A DNA stretch of 63,693 bases, filler included, from Octopus bimaculoides (GCF_001194135.2; 9 parts of 7 records of this genome joined end to end with filler, not necessarily neighbours in it), one strand, 5' to 3'. Shown: positions 14,050-25,835, counted from the first letter of the whole stretch. Notes: generated by a model from the sequence alone, not told the origin. Numbers and translations are program-made.

Positions 14050-14345
14050 CTTTGTCCGAGGATAAACTTTGCAAGAACAGGGTCGTCTGCCTCCAGATAT
14101 GTAACATGTAGGGTGTAGGTGAGTGGTCACGCCTTAGTGCCCATCACTAGATTTCAGCCATGGGTTAGCCAGTTTCATTCCCTTGTGAGTGTTGGAGACT
14201 GCAAAAGGTTCACTGCAACAAATCCTGGCAGAAAAGTGGTAATGGAACTCTATAACACGTAAAACATGTCTCGTCGATAGTTTTTCCGACAGCTCCTGCA
14301 GCGAAGCTGACACTATTGTCTCTGTTTTACCCTGAACTACACTAA
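14050..14345 (-). mobile_element. Highly decayed RTE-type reverse transcriptase fragment
   Basis: LRVIEFHYHFSARICCSEPFAVSN resembles the RTE motif ...FHDGMSARV...SEPFAVSNGVKQG. A downstream frame gives YLEADDPVL, an (F/Y)ADD-like motif. Confidence 0.5.
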
Positions 14346-15349
14346 CGAGGTTAGGAGGAAGATCTTTTCGCATTGAAAAACCAGAAACTCCGTAAAACTG
14401 CTCGAAATCATTTCAAAAGAAATCTGAGAGGACGAAAAATGAATGAATGGAAGAAAAGAAAAAATTCCATCTCTCCTAAGACAGAGGGAAGCCGACAAAA
14501 CTATATGTGTGTATGTATTAAGCAGTATTAGATTAAAATGGTCATTTATGTATCATGCTTCATGTAAATACATCGTGATGGGCAAATTTACTGCAGTATT
14601 CGACCGGAGATTACATCTCTTACTGACGTGTTGTGTTTAAAACACATTATATGTAAGAGGGAGATGAAGATCGTTCAAACAGCGGTTATTGAGGTAGGTA
14701 GCTATGTATGTATGTATGTATGTATGTATGTATGTATGTATGTATGTATGTATCTACGTATGTATGCTTATGTATATATAACTATCAGAATTCATATTCT
14801 GTACAAGAGGCACCCAATAATATAATGCAATCCACATTCTGTCTGCACGCAAAAAGTAACATCAAACACAACAAAATAAATACGTCATTGGAGCAAGATA
14901 GATTTAAGCATAGCAACTGAATTCTGCGCCTCCCAGTAAACAATGCTGCAAACATATCAGGGACACGAAGGTGCATCAGATGGTGCAGTAGAAACTCGCA
15001 TTGAAACAGCTGAAAATATGGTAGTAATACAAATAACTGACAGTCTTCTTATTTTTCCTTAGACAATGCACGATATTGTATCAAGACGTTCAATGCTCTT
15101 TCTCAACGAGTCTCCCTGGAGACATAGCGAGCGAGCGAGTGAATGTGCCACCCAGATTCAAGTCTCTTAAACAAAAAGATCTCTAATGCTCAAACGAAGC
15201 TTCAGCTGCTTTAGAAAATAATAATGCTTTCTTTATTTACCACTAAAGGTTCACAAAGGAAAACATGGAGACGGGTACAAGGTAATACAAAGTGGGGTTA
15301 CATAAAATAGAAGTACGTAAATAGTAAAAACGATAATTCTAACTTGGAA

Positions 15350-16160
15350 AAATTCCCGAAAAGAGGGACACTTTCTATGGCTGCTCGTGGAGACCCCACA
15401 AAACCAGGGGCATACTGACCACTATGGCAAGTGCCCTCTCCACATTGTCTTCCTTGACCACTGAAATTTGAAGAACCAAAACCAAAACAAACGCTGACGT
15501 CATAACCTCTCGACGTGGTCGATCCCGTGGAGTTTCATCTTTTTCTCATCACATTTTAAACAGTAGTTGTAAGTTTCATGCTGTTACGTTCCGTATTATG
15601 TTAACATTCTTCGTCGTCTCTGCGGGACAGGTCCGAACAGCGTACCTCGTCTGCAGGGTGATCGCGGCATCATCCCTAGCGTCGTATTCTGACATGAATT
15701 AANNNNNNNNNNNNNNNNNNNNNNNNNNNNNNNNNNNNNNNNNNNNNNNNNNNNNNNNNNNNNNNNNNNNNNNNNNNNNNNNNNNNNNNNNNNNNNNNNN
15801 NNNNNNNNNNNNNNNNNNNNNNNNNNNNNNNNNNNNNNNNNNNNNNNNNNNNNNNNNNNNNNNNNNNNNNNNNNNNNNNNNNNNNNNNNNNNNNNNNNNN
15901 NNNNNNNNNNNNNNNNNNNNNNNNNNNNNNNNNNNNNNNNNNNNNNNNNNNNNNNNNNNNNNNNNNNNNNNNNNNNNNNNNNNNNNNNNNNNNNNNNNNN
16001 NNNNNNNNNCTCCAGTTCCGCTGGTGTGGCCCGAAGACTCCCGCCACACCAATTCTGCACATTTTTTCTCCTTGAACTCCAGCATTATCACCTCCTCCTT
16101 GATATTGGAGAAAGCGGTTGCCAGAAGCCACGCCGATCTAATTTCAGCTGGATAGCCTTC
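15350..16160 (-). mobile_element. L1/Tx1-clade LINE fragments interrupted by a gap
   Basis: Decayed YAVRTCP.. zinc-finger-like segment near 15610-15700, and an ORF1-like GYPAEIRSAWLLATAFSNIKEEV at 16011-16160. Confidence 0.4.
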
Positions 16161-16164
16161 TATT

Positions 16165-16210
<46 letters not shown>

Positions 16211-16709
16211 TATCTCTCTCACTCTCTATCTCTCTCTCTCTCTCTCTCTCCCTTTCTCATCACACATTCTCCTCCTCTCTCTTCCTTGCTCTCAAAGGAA
16301 GTGTAAGAAAGAGCCGGAAACAGATTTGGTTTCCTCCTCATAGCCAGGAGAACTTATCGAACTTTTTTCTACGAACTCTCCAGCTGAATTGAAATCGCTG
16401 AAGTCCCAAAAGAGTTTCCATCATCCTATTTGTAAATGGTACAACCATGGAACGATGTATAATCAGTTTCTGTAAAAGGCATTGCTAAGTTATACGCGTG
16501 TACGAATAGACGTTGCTACGTTTCAAAAATAGCAATAGAATGGGGCTTGAAACTGATATTAAAACTTTATCTGTAAAGCATTTGTCAAACCTCGACTATT
16601 TACATACACGTCTTCCAAGAAATGAATCGCTGTTTGTGATGAAAGGTAGGAAACTGTTGATGTGTATCTGAAACCACGTATAATAACCATAACAACAACA
16701 ACAATAATG

Positions 16710-16938
16710 ATAATAATAATAATCCCTTCTACTAAAGGCACAAGGCCTGGAATTTGAGAGGAGTGGGATGGTCGATCACATCGACTCTAGCATATGACTG
16801 GTACTTAATTTATCGACCTCGAAAAGAATGACAGGCAAAGTCGACCTTGGCGGAATTTGAACTTAGAACGTAAAGACGGACGAAATGCTGCTACGCATTT
16901 TATGCCCGGCGTGCTAACGATTCTGCCAGCTCGCCGCC
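16710..16938 (-). mobile_element. SINE family A, near full length, flanked by (AAT/AAC)n on both sides
   Basis: tcccttctactaaaggcacaagg ... tgctaacgattctgccagctcgccgcc; trinucleotide tracts at 16690-16720 and 16940-17012. Confidence 0.9.
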
Positions 16939-16940
16939 TA

Positions 16941-17006
<66 letters not shown>

Positions 17007-17479
17007 AATAATATGCAATGCATTATACAATAGCCAAAGGGAAGGGAGAGAAAATATTTTTAATTTAAAGAAACGAATTGAATCGTATAACCTATCTGGG
17101 GTTGTTTGTGTATTAGTCAGAATAAACAAGAGAGAAAGAAAGAGAGAGGGGGAGACAGACAAACAGAAAAACAGAGAAAGCCAAAAAAAGACAAAAATAG
17201 TGAATCATGCTGCAGTTTGCAGCATGTCGTGGCATGGTGCAGCAGTTCGTGTTACGTGAGCAGGTTTTTCGAGAGTGAAAAAAAAATGGTTCTTTCTGTG
17301 AGTTAACATGTAACGCAGTTTTGAAAAATAAAAAATAAAAATAACAAAGGAAAAGAGAAGAGACAAATGATTTTAAAAATATGTGACAACATGTGCAGCT
17401 AAAATAAAACGGTATGAGACAAGAATAGATTAGTTTCAGCGGGAACACATTGTTTCAAAAAAAAAAAAAAAAAGAGATT

Positions 17480-17840
17480 GTCTGAGGCGATTAGAAAGAC
17501 ATAGCGATGGAGTATCAGATGCAGAGAGAAGCAGAAAGTTTTGCATTGATACATGGAGCAAGAGAGATGTCCATAACGTGGAGGCACAGCGAACAGAAGA
17601 AGCAGAAAACAAATTGACCGACAGAGTAATATAACTCTAAATCATTACAAAACAATCTTTCTAATTATCTAATTAGGTGGCACAAAGGCAAGGCCGTCTG
17701 CAAAGGTTCTGGCTAAAGAACCATTAAAACAATCAAAGAGGCTCTAAGTTATTGAATAAATGTCTCCGGAAACGAAGTATCCTAAATCGAATGACTAAAG
17801 GTAAAATAACCCTTATGAAAGATAAGCAGAAAGGAGGTCT
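17480..17840 (+). mobile_element. R4/Dong-clade (RLE) non-LTR retrotransposon, RT N-terminal fragment
   Basis: DAERSRKF..TWSKRDVHN...RLQRFWLKNH*...LLNKCLRKRSILNRMTKGKITLMKDKQKG resembles the R4/Dong pattern (LQGFWLK...LNECL...WMTKGRT.LIMKD). Confidence 0.6.
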
Positions 17841-17864
17841 TCGACAACAGAAGATTAGTTTATT

Positions 17865-17945
17865 CTTTCACCTGTTTCGGTAATTTGACTGCGGCCATGC
17901 TGGAGCACGGCCTTTAGTCGAGAAAATCGTCCCCAGGCCTTTTTT
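17865..17945 (-). mobile_element. SINE tail module C fragment
   Basis: tttgactgcggccatgctggagcacggcctttagtcgag. Confidence 0.75.
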
Positions 17946-18019
17946 CTTTGGCGATCTTCGATCTGATTGGTGCCACAAGTTAGGCCGACTCATATTTGAG
18001 CTTGTGCCCGTGGTGTCGT

Positions 18020-18096
18020 TGTTGTGGCTACCGTTGGCGTGGTAGTAGTGCTGATGATGGTGGTGACGGTGGTGCTAGTGGTGCTAGCAGTAGTAA

Positions 18097-18135
<39 letters not shown>

Positions 18136-18400
18136 CAGCAGCAGCAGTTGTTGTTGTTGTTGTTGTTACGGTTATGGTGGTGGTGGTGGTGGTGTTTTGG
18201 GATTCTGTGACAGCGTGTACGTTCATAATTAAGCTGGTGGTAGCAATGTTGCTGCTGTTGTCGATATCACTTGAAATGCTGCTGTTTTGGGCAGTCTTTG
18301 TCGTTGATGTTGTCACTGCTCCTTGACATGTTATTACTAAGTTTACTGTTTGCTGCTGCGGTGGTGGTGGTGGTGGGTGTCATTGTTTTGTTGGTTGATA
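18020..18400. repeat. Compound (GTN)n/(GCA)n trinucleotide low-complexity tract
   Basis: gta, gtt, gtg and gca runs are directly visible. Confidence 0.9.
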
Positions 18401-19004
18401 GAGAAGAGAAGACGTTGCTGGTGAAGGGCTAGCCTTGAGAGGCCACTTTGGCTCCTTACATCACCTCGCACTTCCTCCTCTTACAGGCTGGCACGCAAAA
18501 ACAATGCCATATTTTAGTTTTGTAAAATAATTTTAAACAAAATTTTTCAATTGGCAGCCTCAAATGTTGGAAAATAAAAACAGGAATCAGCTTAAAGCTG
18601 TAATTGGTTCCATAGCATATTGTAAGAGATAAGGGATCTTTTCTGTTTGGTTGCCAAGGTCAATTTCTTCTCGAATTGATTTCATATTCAGTGTAATACA
18701 ACACTTTTATAGGCTAATCAATGCCATGAAAATCATTTTCACCACAAACCAATAGATAAAAAGTTATTAGCTATTAAAGTTTGGCAATTTTAGGTAATTT
18801 TAGCCAATCGTAAGCTACAAACACATTCATGTCTGTTTCCATAGTAACAAGCCAAACATGAGAAAGCACGTGGTGACTAATGTGTTCCAGTCATTGAGAT
18901 GGTCGTCATATGTGCTAAAAATAGCAGCCAAATAGGCCTTAAATCACGCACCAGAGAAGGATTCGGGTTCGAACTTGCAAGAAAAGAGTGTTATACTCAA
19001 AAGA

Positions 19005-19312
19005 AAATTATGCAAAATGAAGAAGCATTTTATGAGGTCAAGAAAACGTGGTGGGAATATGTGTTGGCGATGCTTACACAAAGGATGCTTGGAGTCTGTG
19101 TCAGTGAGGAAAGACACGTGGTTTGAAAGTTTCACACTTCTTTTTAGGAATGTAGTGCTTTTCTTTTACTCATGGATTAAGGAATTGACTTCAGTCTGGT
19201 TTTGTGTTGAAGAACTTGGGATGAGTCATTGCACAGCTGTTGATTACAGCAGCCATGTTATGGAAGTAGGTGTGGAGAACCAGCTCCATTATCCACTTAA
19301 GGTTGGACACAG
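19005..19312 (+). mobile_element. Merlin (ISXO2/IS1016-like) transposase N-terminal fragment
   Basis: CWRCLHKGCLESVSVRKDTWFESFTLLFRNVVLFFYSWIKELTSVWFCVEELGMSHCTAVDY...PLKVG matches the Merlin pattern WRC..C...S.R..TWF...L.....Y.W...TAVDW upstream of the DDE motif. The catalytic region is absent. Confidence 0.65.
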
Positions 19313-19454
19313 TCACCCACCTTTTGGCAAAATCACTGGGAGAGAGAGCACTTCCCTTTTCACTCCTACTTAACTTTCCAATTGGAACTTATAAAAGTTG
19401 TTTTAAATTTTAGCAAAAGGTTAGCAATTTTAGGGAGACGGGTTTAGGCGATTA

Positions 19455-20031
19455 GATTGATCCCCGGTGCTTGACTGGTCTTTTATTGACCAGGAAAGGA
19501 TGAAAAACAGAATTGGTGCCGGCGGAATTTTGACACATCTACATGACACAAGTATGTTGGCTGAAGGGGCGGGGCATCTCAGAGGCAGACTACAAAAATG
19601 TTGGGATTTGCATGGAAATAGAGTTGTGTTGGGAGATGGGCAAGAAGTATACACAGTAAACAAATATGCAATAATTGTTTGTAACGAAGGAAGAAGGCCA
19701 CAGGTAAGTGGAAGGGTTGGAAAGTCGAACATGCATTGAACTAGTACTTCATTTTATCGGCCCCATAAGGCAGAAGAGTAAACTTGATCTCGGCAAAATT
19801 TGAACTCAGTAAAATAAAAAAGCGGAACGAATAATACGTTGCAATTTTTTCTGCCGCTTTAACGATTCTGCGGTTATACAATCCTCAGTTCCCATTATTC
19901 AACTGGTACGTATTTTATCGACCCCGAAAGGATAAAAGACAAAGTCGAACTCAGATGAAGAGGCATAAAACGCCGCTAAGTTCTTCGGTCCGGCGTGCTA
20001 ACGGGTCTGCTATCTCGCCGCTTTATACAAA
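19455..20031 (-). mobile_element. Three partial SINE family A copies (19455-19530, 19742-19872, 19895-20031)
   Basis: Repeated ttttatcgaccccgaaaggat...ggcggaattt motifs. Confidence 0.75.
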
Positions 20032-20833
20032 TATATAATAACAATAATAGCAAAATGAATAAGAATACCCGGTTAGTATTAAGACATTTCCCATACAAGT
20101 AAAATGAAAGGAATGTTTTTTCTCTACACAAATTAAAAGACTGAAAAAAATTAATGATTTTATCTCTTCACAAACAGTCTACACGTCACTTGTCCTTAAA
20201 CAAACAAGAAGCCGGAAGTAAGCGACAAGCGACTTCAGTCCGTAAACCACACATCCCTCAAAACATGCCATTTTTTGTACGAGTTCACGCCACATGATTA
20301 CCACCACTCCTTATCACACCATACAAGCAAAACTACAACAAAAGACAAAAACTTCATTAAAACAAAAAAAGAGAAAATCTGTAAATAGCACAAAACAATA
20401 TGCATCGGAAATCATACGACTCGCAAGAAATGACCTGATCAGAGTAATGGACGAATTGTGTACCCAACTTAACAGAACAAAATAATAACTCTTAACCCGC
20501 CTAGATGCTATGGCATGCCATTCAAAATATCAATTTAACGACAATATCGGCTGTTTCATTCGTAATTTAGCGGCAACTTATGTAAATACCATCATCAGAG
20601 ACTGTTTTAGACGTGTCTTGTGTGAAACCTGATCGGCTGTACATGCAGACAAAAATGCACGAATCGCCTATTATTATTACATAACATCCAGTTAATGAGA
20701 ACTGGTGTCCAGCCTCTGTTTTGTCTCTTTCTCTCTCTTCTCTTCTTTCCCTCCACTTTGTGTATGTATCTACGCACACATACAGCATATAGGTACGTTT
20801 ATAAATGTGTGTGTGTTTGTGTGTGTGAGTATT

Positions 20834-20869
<36 letters not shown>

Positions 20870-21629
20870 NNNNNNNNNNNNNNNNNNNNNNNNNNNNNNN
20901 NNNNNNNNNNNNNNNNNNNNNNNNNNNNNNNNNNNNNNNNNNNNNNNNNNNNNNNNNNNNNNNNNNNNNNNNNNNNNNNNNNNNNNNNNNNNNNNNNNNN
21001 NNNNNNNNNNNNNNNNNNNNNNNNNNNNNNNNNNNNNNNNNNNNNNNNNNNNNNNNNNNNNNNNNNNNNNNNNNNNNNNNNNNNNNNNNNNNNNNNNNNN
21101 NNNNNNNNNNNNNNNNNNNNNNNNNNNNNNNNNNNNNNNNNNNNNNNNNNNNNNNNNNNNNNNNNNNNNNNNNNNNNNNNNNNNNNNNNNNNNNNNNNNN
21201 NNNNNNNNNNNNNNNNNNNNNNNNNNNNNNNNNNNNNNNNNNNNNNNNNNNNNNNNNNNNNNNNNNNNNNNNNNNNNNNNNNNNNNNNNNNNNNNNNNNN
21301 NNNNNNNNNNNNNNNNNNNNNNNNNNNNNNNNNNNNNNNNNNNNNNNNNNNNNNNNNNNNNNNNNNNNNNNNNNNNNNNNNNNNNNNNNNNNNNNNNNNN
21401 NNNNNNNNNNNNNNNNNNNNNNNNNNNNNNNNNNNNNNNNNNNNNNNNNNNNNNNNNNNNNNNNNNNNNNNNNNNNNNNNNNNNNNNNNNNNNNNNNNNN
21501 NNNNNNNNNNNNNNNNNNNNNNNNNNNNNNNNNNNNNNNNNNNNNNNNNNNNNNNNNNNNNNNNNNNNNNNNNNNNNNNNNNNNNNNNNNNNNNNNNNNN
21601 NNNNNNNNNNNNNNNNNNNNNNNNNNNNN

Positions 21630-22095
21630 AAGATGCTTCTCTATAGCAGTGTGGGAGCATTCCATTTTCTCTGCCAGTTCCCTTGTCGTTAGACGAGAAT
21701 TTCCGCGCAAATGTTGGTTTAATCGCTCTTCATCGAACTCAACTGGACGGCCAGAACGAAGTGCGTCTTTGAGGCCAATATTTCCATTTTTGAACTTGGC
21801 ATACCAATCACAAGCGGTTCTTTCAGCTATGGCACCCTCTGCATACACAGCACAAATGTGGCGAGCAGCTTTGCGGCCTTAGAACCTTGATTAAAAGCAA
21901 AAAGAAGGAAGTGTCGAAAATGCTCGTTTTTCTTAACTTGACGTTCCACATTAATGATCTGAAAATAAACAAAAATTAACTAAAATTAACTAGGAAAAAC
22001 AAATAGATTCTAAAATGATTCAAACATAGAATTCTCGAAAAAAATAAATTCCATAATTAAGAAAAACGGCAGGACCTTAGTTGTCAACCCAATAT
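21630..22095 (-). mobile_element. Mariner (Mos1-like) element: 5' TIR and HTH region, remainder lost in the 760-N gap
   Basis: YAEGAIAERTACDWYAKFKNGNIGLKDALRSGRPVEFDEERLNQHLRGNSRLTTRELAEKMECSHTAIEKHL; TIR TATTGGGTTGACAACTAAGG near 22076-22095, flanked by (TA)n. Confidence 0.9.
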
Positions 22096-22322
22096 ATATA
22101 TATATATATATATACATAAATATATTGTTGACGTCATAACAACCCGATACCTACATGCTACTATTTATAGCATTTGTATGCTTCGAGAAGCAATTCCTAT
22201 ATATATGTGTATGTATGTGTGTGTATGAGTCTGTGTGTGAGTGCGTGTGTGTGTGTGTGCCCGCACACGTGTGTCTGTGCTTGTGTGCATGTGTAAGTAT
22301 GTTTGTGCATATATATATATAT

Positions 22323-22932
22323 ATGCCAGAAATTTGGAAACGAAATGCTTTACTGCTTGGCATTAGCGCCGGAAGCTCTCGTACGAACATTTCAGAGTGT
22401 TTGGGTGTCAGTCGTGCAATCTGAGGACATGTACCGAGAGTGATAAAAATCGAACATCCAATCAACATCATGGTGTTTGGACTGATCATTAGTGATGGTG
22501 ACGTCATGCCTCCATTCATCTTCCCGCTCGGCCTCAGACTCAACACCGAGGCCTACATTAAGTGTTTGAGGATGAAGTGCGCCCTGGGTGAAGAGGGTGG
22601 CTGGTAGAAGAATCTTTGTCTGGCAACAGGAATCTGCACCATGGCACACAAGCAGGAGAACCCAATTATGACTGTTAGACAATTTCTGCGGCAACATCAC
22701 GCCTAACATTTGGCCACCTAACTCCCCAGACTGCAACCCTCTTGTTTATTATGTGTGGAGCGCAATTGAGCGGGAGACCAACAAAACTCCTTGTAACAAC
22801 AAAGATGAACTGGAGGCAAGGATTATGGCAGCATTCACCAACTTAAACAAGGAGACCGTCCAGAAGAGTTGCAGGAGATTCTGAAGTCGTGTGGAAGCCG
22901 TGGTTGAAGCCAATGGCGATTTTATTGAATAA
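22323..22932 (+). pseudogene. Internally deleted DD37D (maT-type) Tc1/mariner transposase
   Basis: N-terminus EIWKRNALLLGISAGSS is fused to IMVFGLIISDGDVMPPFIFP...WQQESAPWHTSRRTQ...WPPNSPDCNPL.YYVW...VVEANGDFIE*, with frameshifts. Confidence 0.88.
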
Positions 22933-24030
22933 ATTTACTCTTTAGTATTTCAAGATATTTTTGTATAATGTTGGTAAATATACCTGTTAAAATGAAATGT
23001 CAATAAATTACTTCCTAGCTCTCATGATTTCAACCGTCTCTTCGTGAAATTGCAATCATGACGTGATGAATCTTAGAAGTATTACGATATCTGCACCTTC
23101 GATATGAAACACTTCAGGGGATAAACATTAGGATGTATGAAAAAGGGGTTTCAGAATATGAGTGTCTTCCTCCTCAGACATTTAAACAAACATATTCATA
23201 ATCAAGGCAGGGACAGAAAGGCAGTATGTTCGATGCGCTGTGCGAAGGCGTGTGGTGAGTAGATGCGTGGACTTCGTCAAAAACATAGAAGCACGTTGCC
23301 GTTAAGTATTGGAGCAAATGTTGTATAAATGATACGGCAAATCAAAAGTTACACAGAGAGAGAAAGAGAGAGAGCCAAAGACAAAGACAGAGAATGAGAG
23401 AGAAACGTGTGTGAAAACATGTTGAAAGAAAGGAAGAGGGCGATAATGAAGCAGTGTGTGTCATACGGTGATACTCATCAACGTCTGTTAAATCGACGCT
23501 GCTCTTGCAGTTTGCATGCGAGCAGACAAAATGCTGCACGTGACGCAATTGGTCGGCTTCTTTTCGGTTCTGTAGTTTCAGTTTATTTATCTATTTAATA
23601 TTTTTACTTGTTTCATGATGTTTCTCATTCGTTTTCTTTTCTTTATTACACTGTGAATAGATTGTTGGTGTTATTTTGAAGCTTGTTTCATATCTCTTCG
23701 TTGCTTACGACATTTTTCGTTTCTTTTAGTTTGTTTGTTTGTTTGTTTTCTTTTTCACTATTCATCTGCTGCTATCAGCAGTTGTACAAATACAGTCGGC
23801 GTCTAATTTACATTTCATATGTNNNNNNNNNNNNNNNNNNNNNNNNNNNNNNNNNNNNNNNNNNNNTTAATTAATTAANNNNNNNNNNNNNNNNNNNNNN
23901 NNNNNNNNNNNNNNNNNNNNNNTTGTTTTATATTGTATATTGTATATTCCATATTCTATACCCCACATTAGTTCTGCAGGAATATAAATAAAACATAAAA
24001 AACAGACAGTGTTGGAACTCTTTTAAGCAA

Positions 24031-24073
<43 letters not shown>

Positions 24074-24089
24074 CATACATGGGAGAATT

Positions 24090-24245
24090 TACGAAAAAAA
24101 CAACAGACGAGGACAAGTGATGTAGACAACAAAAGGATGTATTAGTTTAACGCTCGGGAATACAGAAAGTCTTTAACGTTTCGAGCTACGCTCTTCAACA
24201 GAAAGAATACGGAGAAAACAAGGAGAAAAACACGGAGAAAAAAAT
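24090..24245 (-). mobile_element. Penelope pLTR-like repeat containing a hammerhead-like motif
   Basis: Shares tgacgctcgggaa...agtcttt..cgtttcgagc..cgctcttc..cagaaag...cggagaaaaa with 54340-54460. Confidence 0.6.
24170..24206 (-). ncRNA. Minimal type-I hammerhead ribozyme-like motif with variant core (CUGUUGA)
   Basis: Minus strand UCUUU-CUGUUGA-A-GAGC gua GCUC-GAAACGU-U-AAAGA: 5-bp stem I, 4-bp stem II, palindromic ACGU stem III, GUU cleavage triplet. Confidence 0.5.
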
Positions 24246-24652
24246 ATATATATACGCATACATGTATACATACATGCATACATATATACACACACGCACA
24301 CACATACACATATATGCGGATACACCAATGCAACCCCCACACACACCCATTCACATACTCTTCAGACTGCCTCTGACTCCCTGTTGAACCCTCCAACTAC
24401 GCACATATGCAAGCACACATACACATACAGTGTTATTGCAATTTATTCAGTTCTGTGGCAATTTGATAACATCGAAAGAGGTACCTATATTTATAGAGCT
24501 ATTCATACAATATTCATAAAGTTAAATATTTCCTGAAGTGTGTATACAATTTTTTGGTGCACTCTGTATTTGTATATTAGGAAGTAAAAAGTTATGGCCT
24601 CTCCTAGAATGATCATTGGTTTCGCACCTCTAAAACTGTTAGCAGTAAACGA

Positions 24653-25158
24653 GACTCGTCAGACTCAAATGGCTGAAGGCGCATAACTTCTATATAACTG
24701 AATGAAGAAATATGTAACTGTCAGTTGGTTTCGTTAAAAAAAGTAATTGCCCGTGTTACCCCCTTATATCAGCTCCGGTGATATTTCTTGTCTAATGTAG
24801 GAAACATTTTAGATGAGGGCATTGAATGACTATTTCTTTCCTGGAACTTAAAGACATCCCCGAGTCGAGTGAGTTTTTATGTTTCTTGTCCTCTCAGCGA
24901 AGCAAAGCTTACATCGTTTGCTCCCGTTTATATCAGCCCCTAATTGTTCAAGGAACCTCTATGTGATCATCCATTCAATAATCCCGTCACAGCTCCTTCG
25001 AATATCACCATGGCCGGAGCCGTTGTGAAGGGGATAATTTTGTCCCACCTACAACATGGACAAATAAGTTTTGTTTACAAAATCGTCTAGCTGTTAGGTA
25101 TTTCTTCCTCCATTTCTAGAGACATTATGCGCCTTCAGCCATTTAAGTTTGACGAGTC
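24653..25158. mobile_element. Old MITE-like element with long decayed terminal inverted repeats
   Basis: gactcgtcagactcaaatggctgaaggcgcataa versus the reverse complement of ttatgcgccttcagccatttaagtttgacgagtc; weaker similarity extends about 100 bp inward. Confidence 0.6.
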
Positions 25159-25307
25159 GCCAATAATTCTAAGTGCTTTATATGTGCGCAATAAAATGGT
25201 GACTCTAAGACTGGCGATAACTTTTAACTTCCTGAAAATATATATTACTGCTCTAATGCTTTAGAATGTGCTTCTTTTCATATACATAAACTAATGATTA
25301 TCTATCC

Positions 25308-25373
<66 letters not shown>

Positions 25374-25629
25374 ATCTGTATAAATAAGAGCATCTTTTGG
25401 GTTATACTCAACAGTATTGTTTAGTGCTGGAAATTTAGTTTATAAAAATTTTAATAATCTATATAACCGATTGGGTTAACTTTCTGTGCATAAATTGAGC
25501 TTTTATCTTCGTCTTGTTAAATATGAAAGGGAAAATCGAATAGAGACTAGACAGAGGTATTGTTTTTCGAGAGAGATTAACAAATTTTCTCATTTATTGC
25601 ATTATTTTTGTCTATTTATTTATTTATTT

Positions 25630-25835
25630 ATTTATTTATTATTTCTTTTAATCATTTCAATCATTTGACTGTGGTCATGCTGGAGCACCGCCTTTTGTTG
25701 AACAAATCGATCACAGGACTTATTCTTTGTGAACCTAGTACGATTTTGCCGAATCGCTATGTTACGGGGACGTAAACACGCCAACATCGGTTGTCAAGCG
25801 ATGGTGGGGAGACAAACAGAGACACAAATACATAC
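25630..25835 (-). mobile_element. SINE tail module C
   Basis: tcaatcatttgactgtggtcatgctggagcaccgcc...gttacggggacgtaaacacgcc...ttgtcaagcgatgg. Confidence 0.85.

Noticed and set aside
17990-18316. Thr-rich mucin-like ORF on the minus strand
   Set aside because: Built from trinucleotide microsatellites. The Thr frame shifts relative to the upstream Thr run, it starts at GTG, and no signal peptide or clear splice sites were found.
19530-19660. LKGRGISEADYKNV, resembling a Polinton/Maverick DNA polymerase B segment; also a CAG|GTAAGT donor at about 19703
   Set aside because: Similarity is limited to about 12 residues, the expected downstream motif is absent, and it is sandwiched between SINE fragments.
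23155-23254. Exon-like segment with a strong GTGAGT donor, first read as Cys-rich
   Set aside because: Careful translation gives YECLPPQTFKQHIHNQGRDRKGSMFDALCEGV, with no CAP or ShK pattern, and the acceptor is weak.
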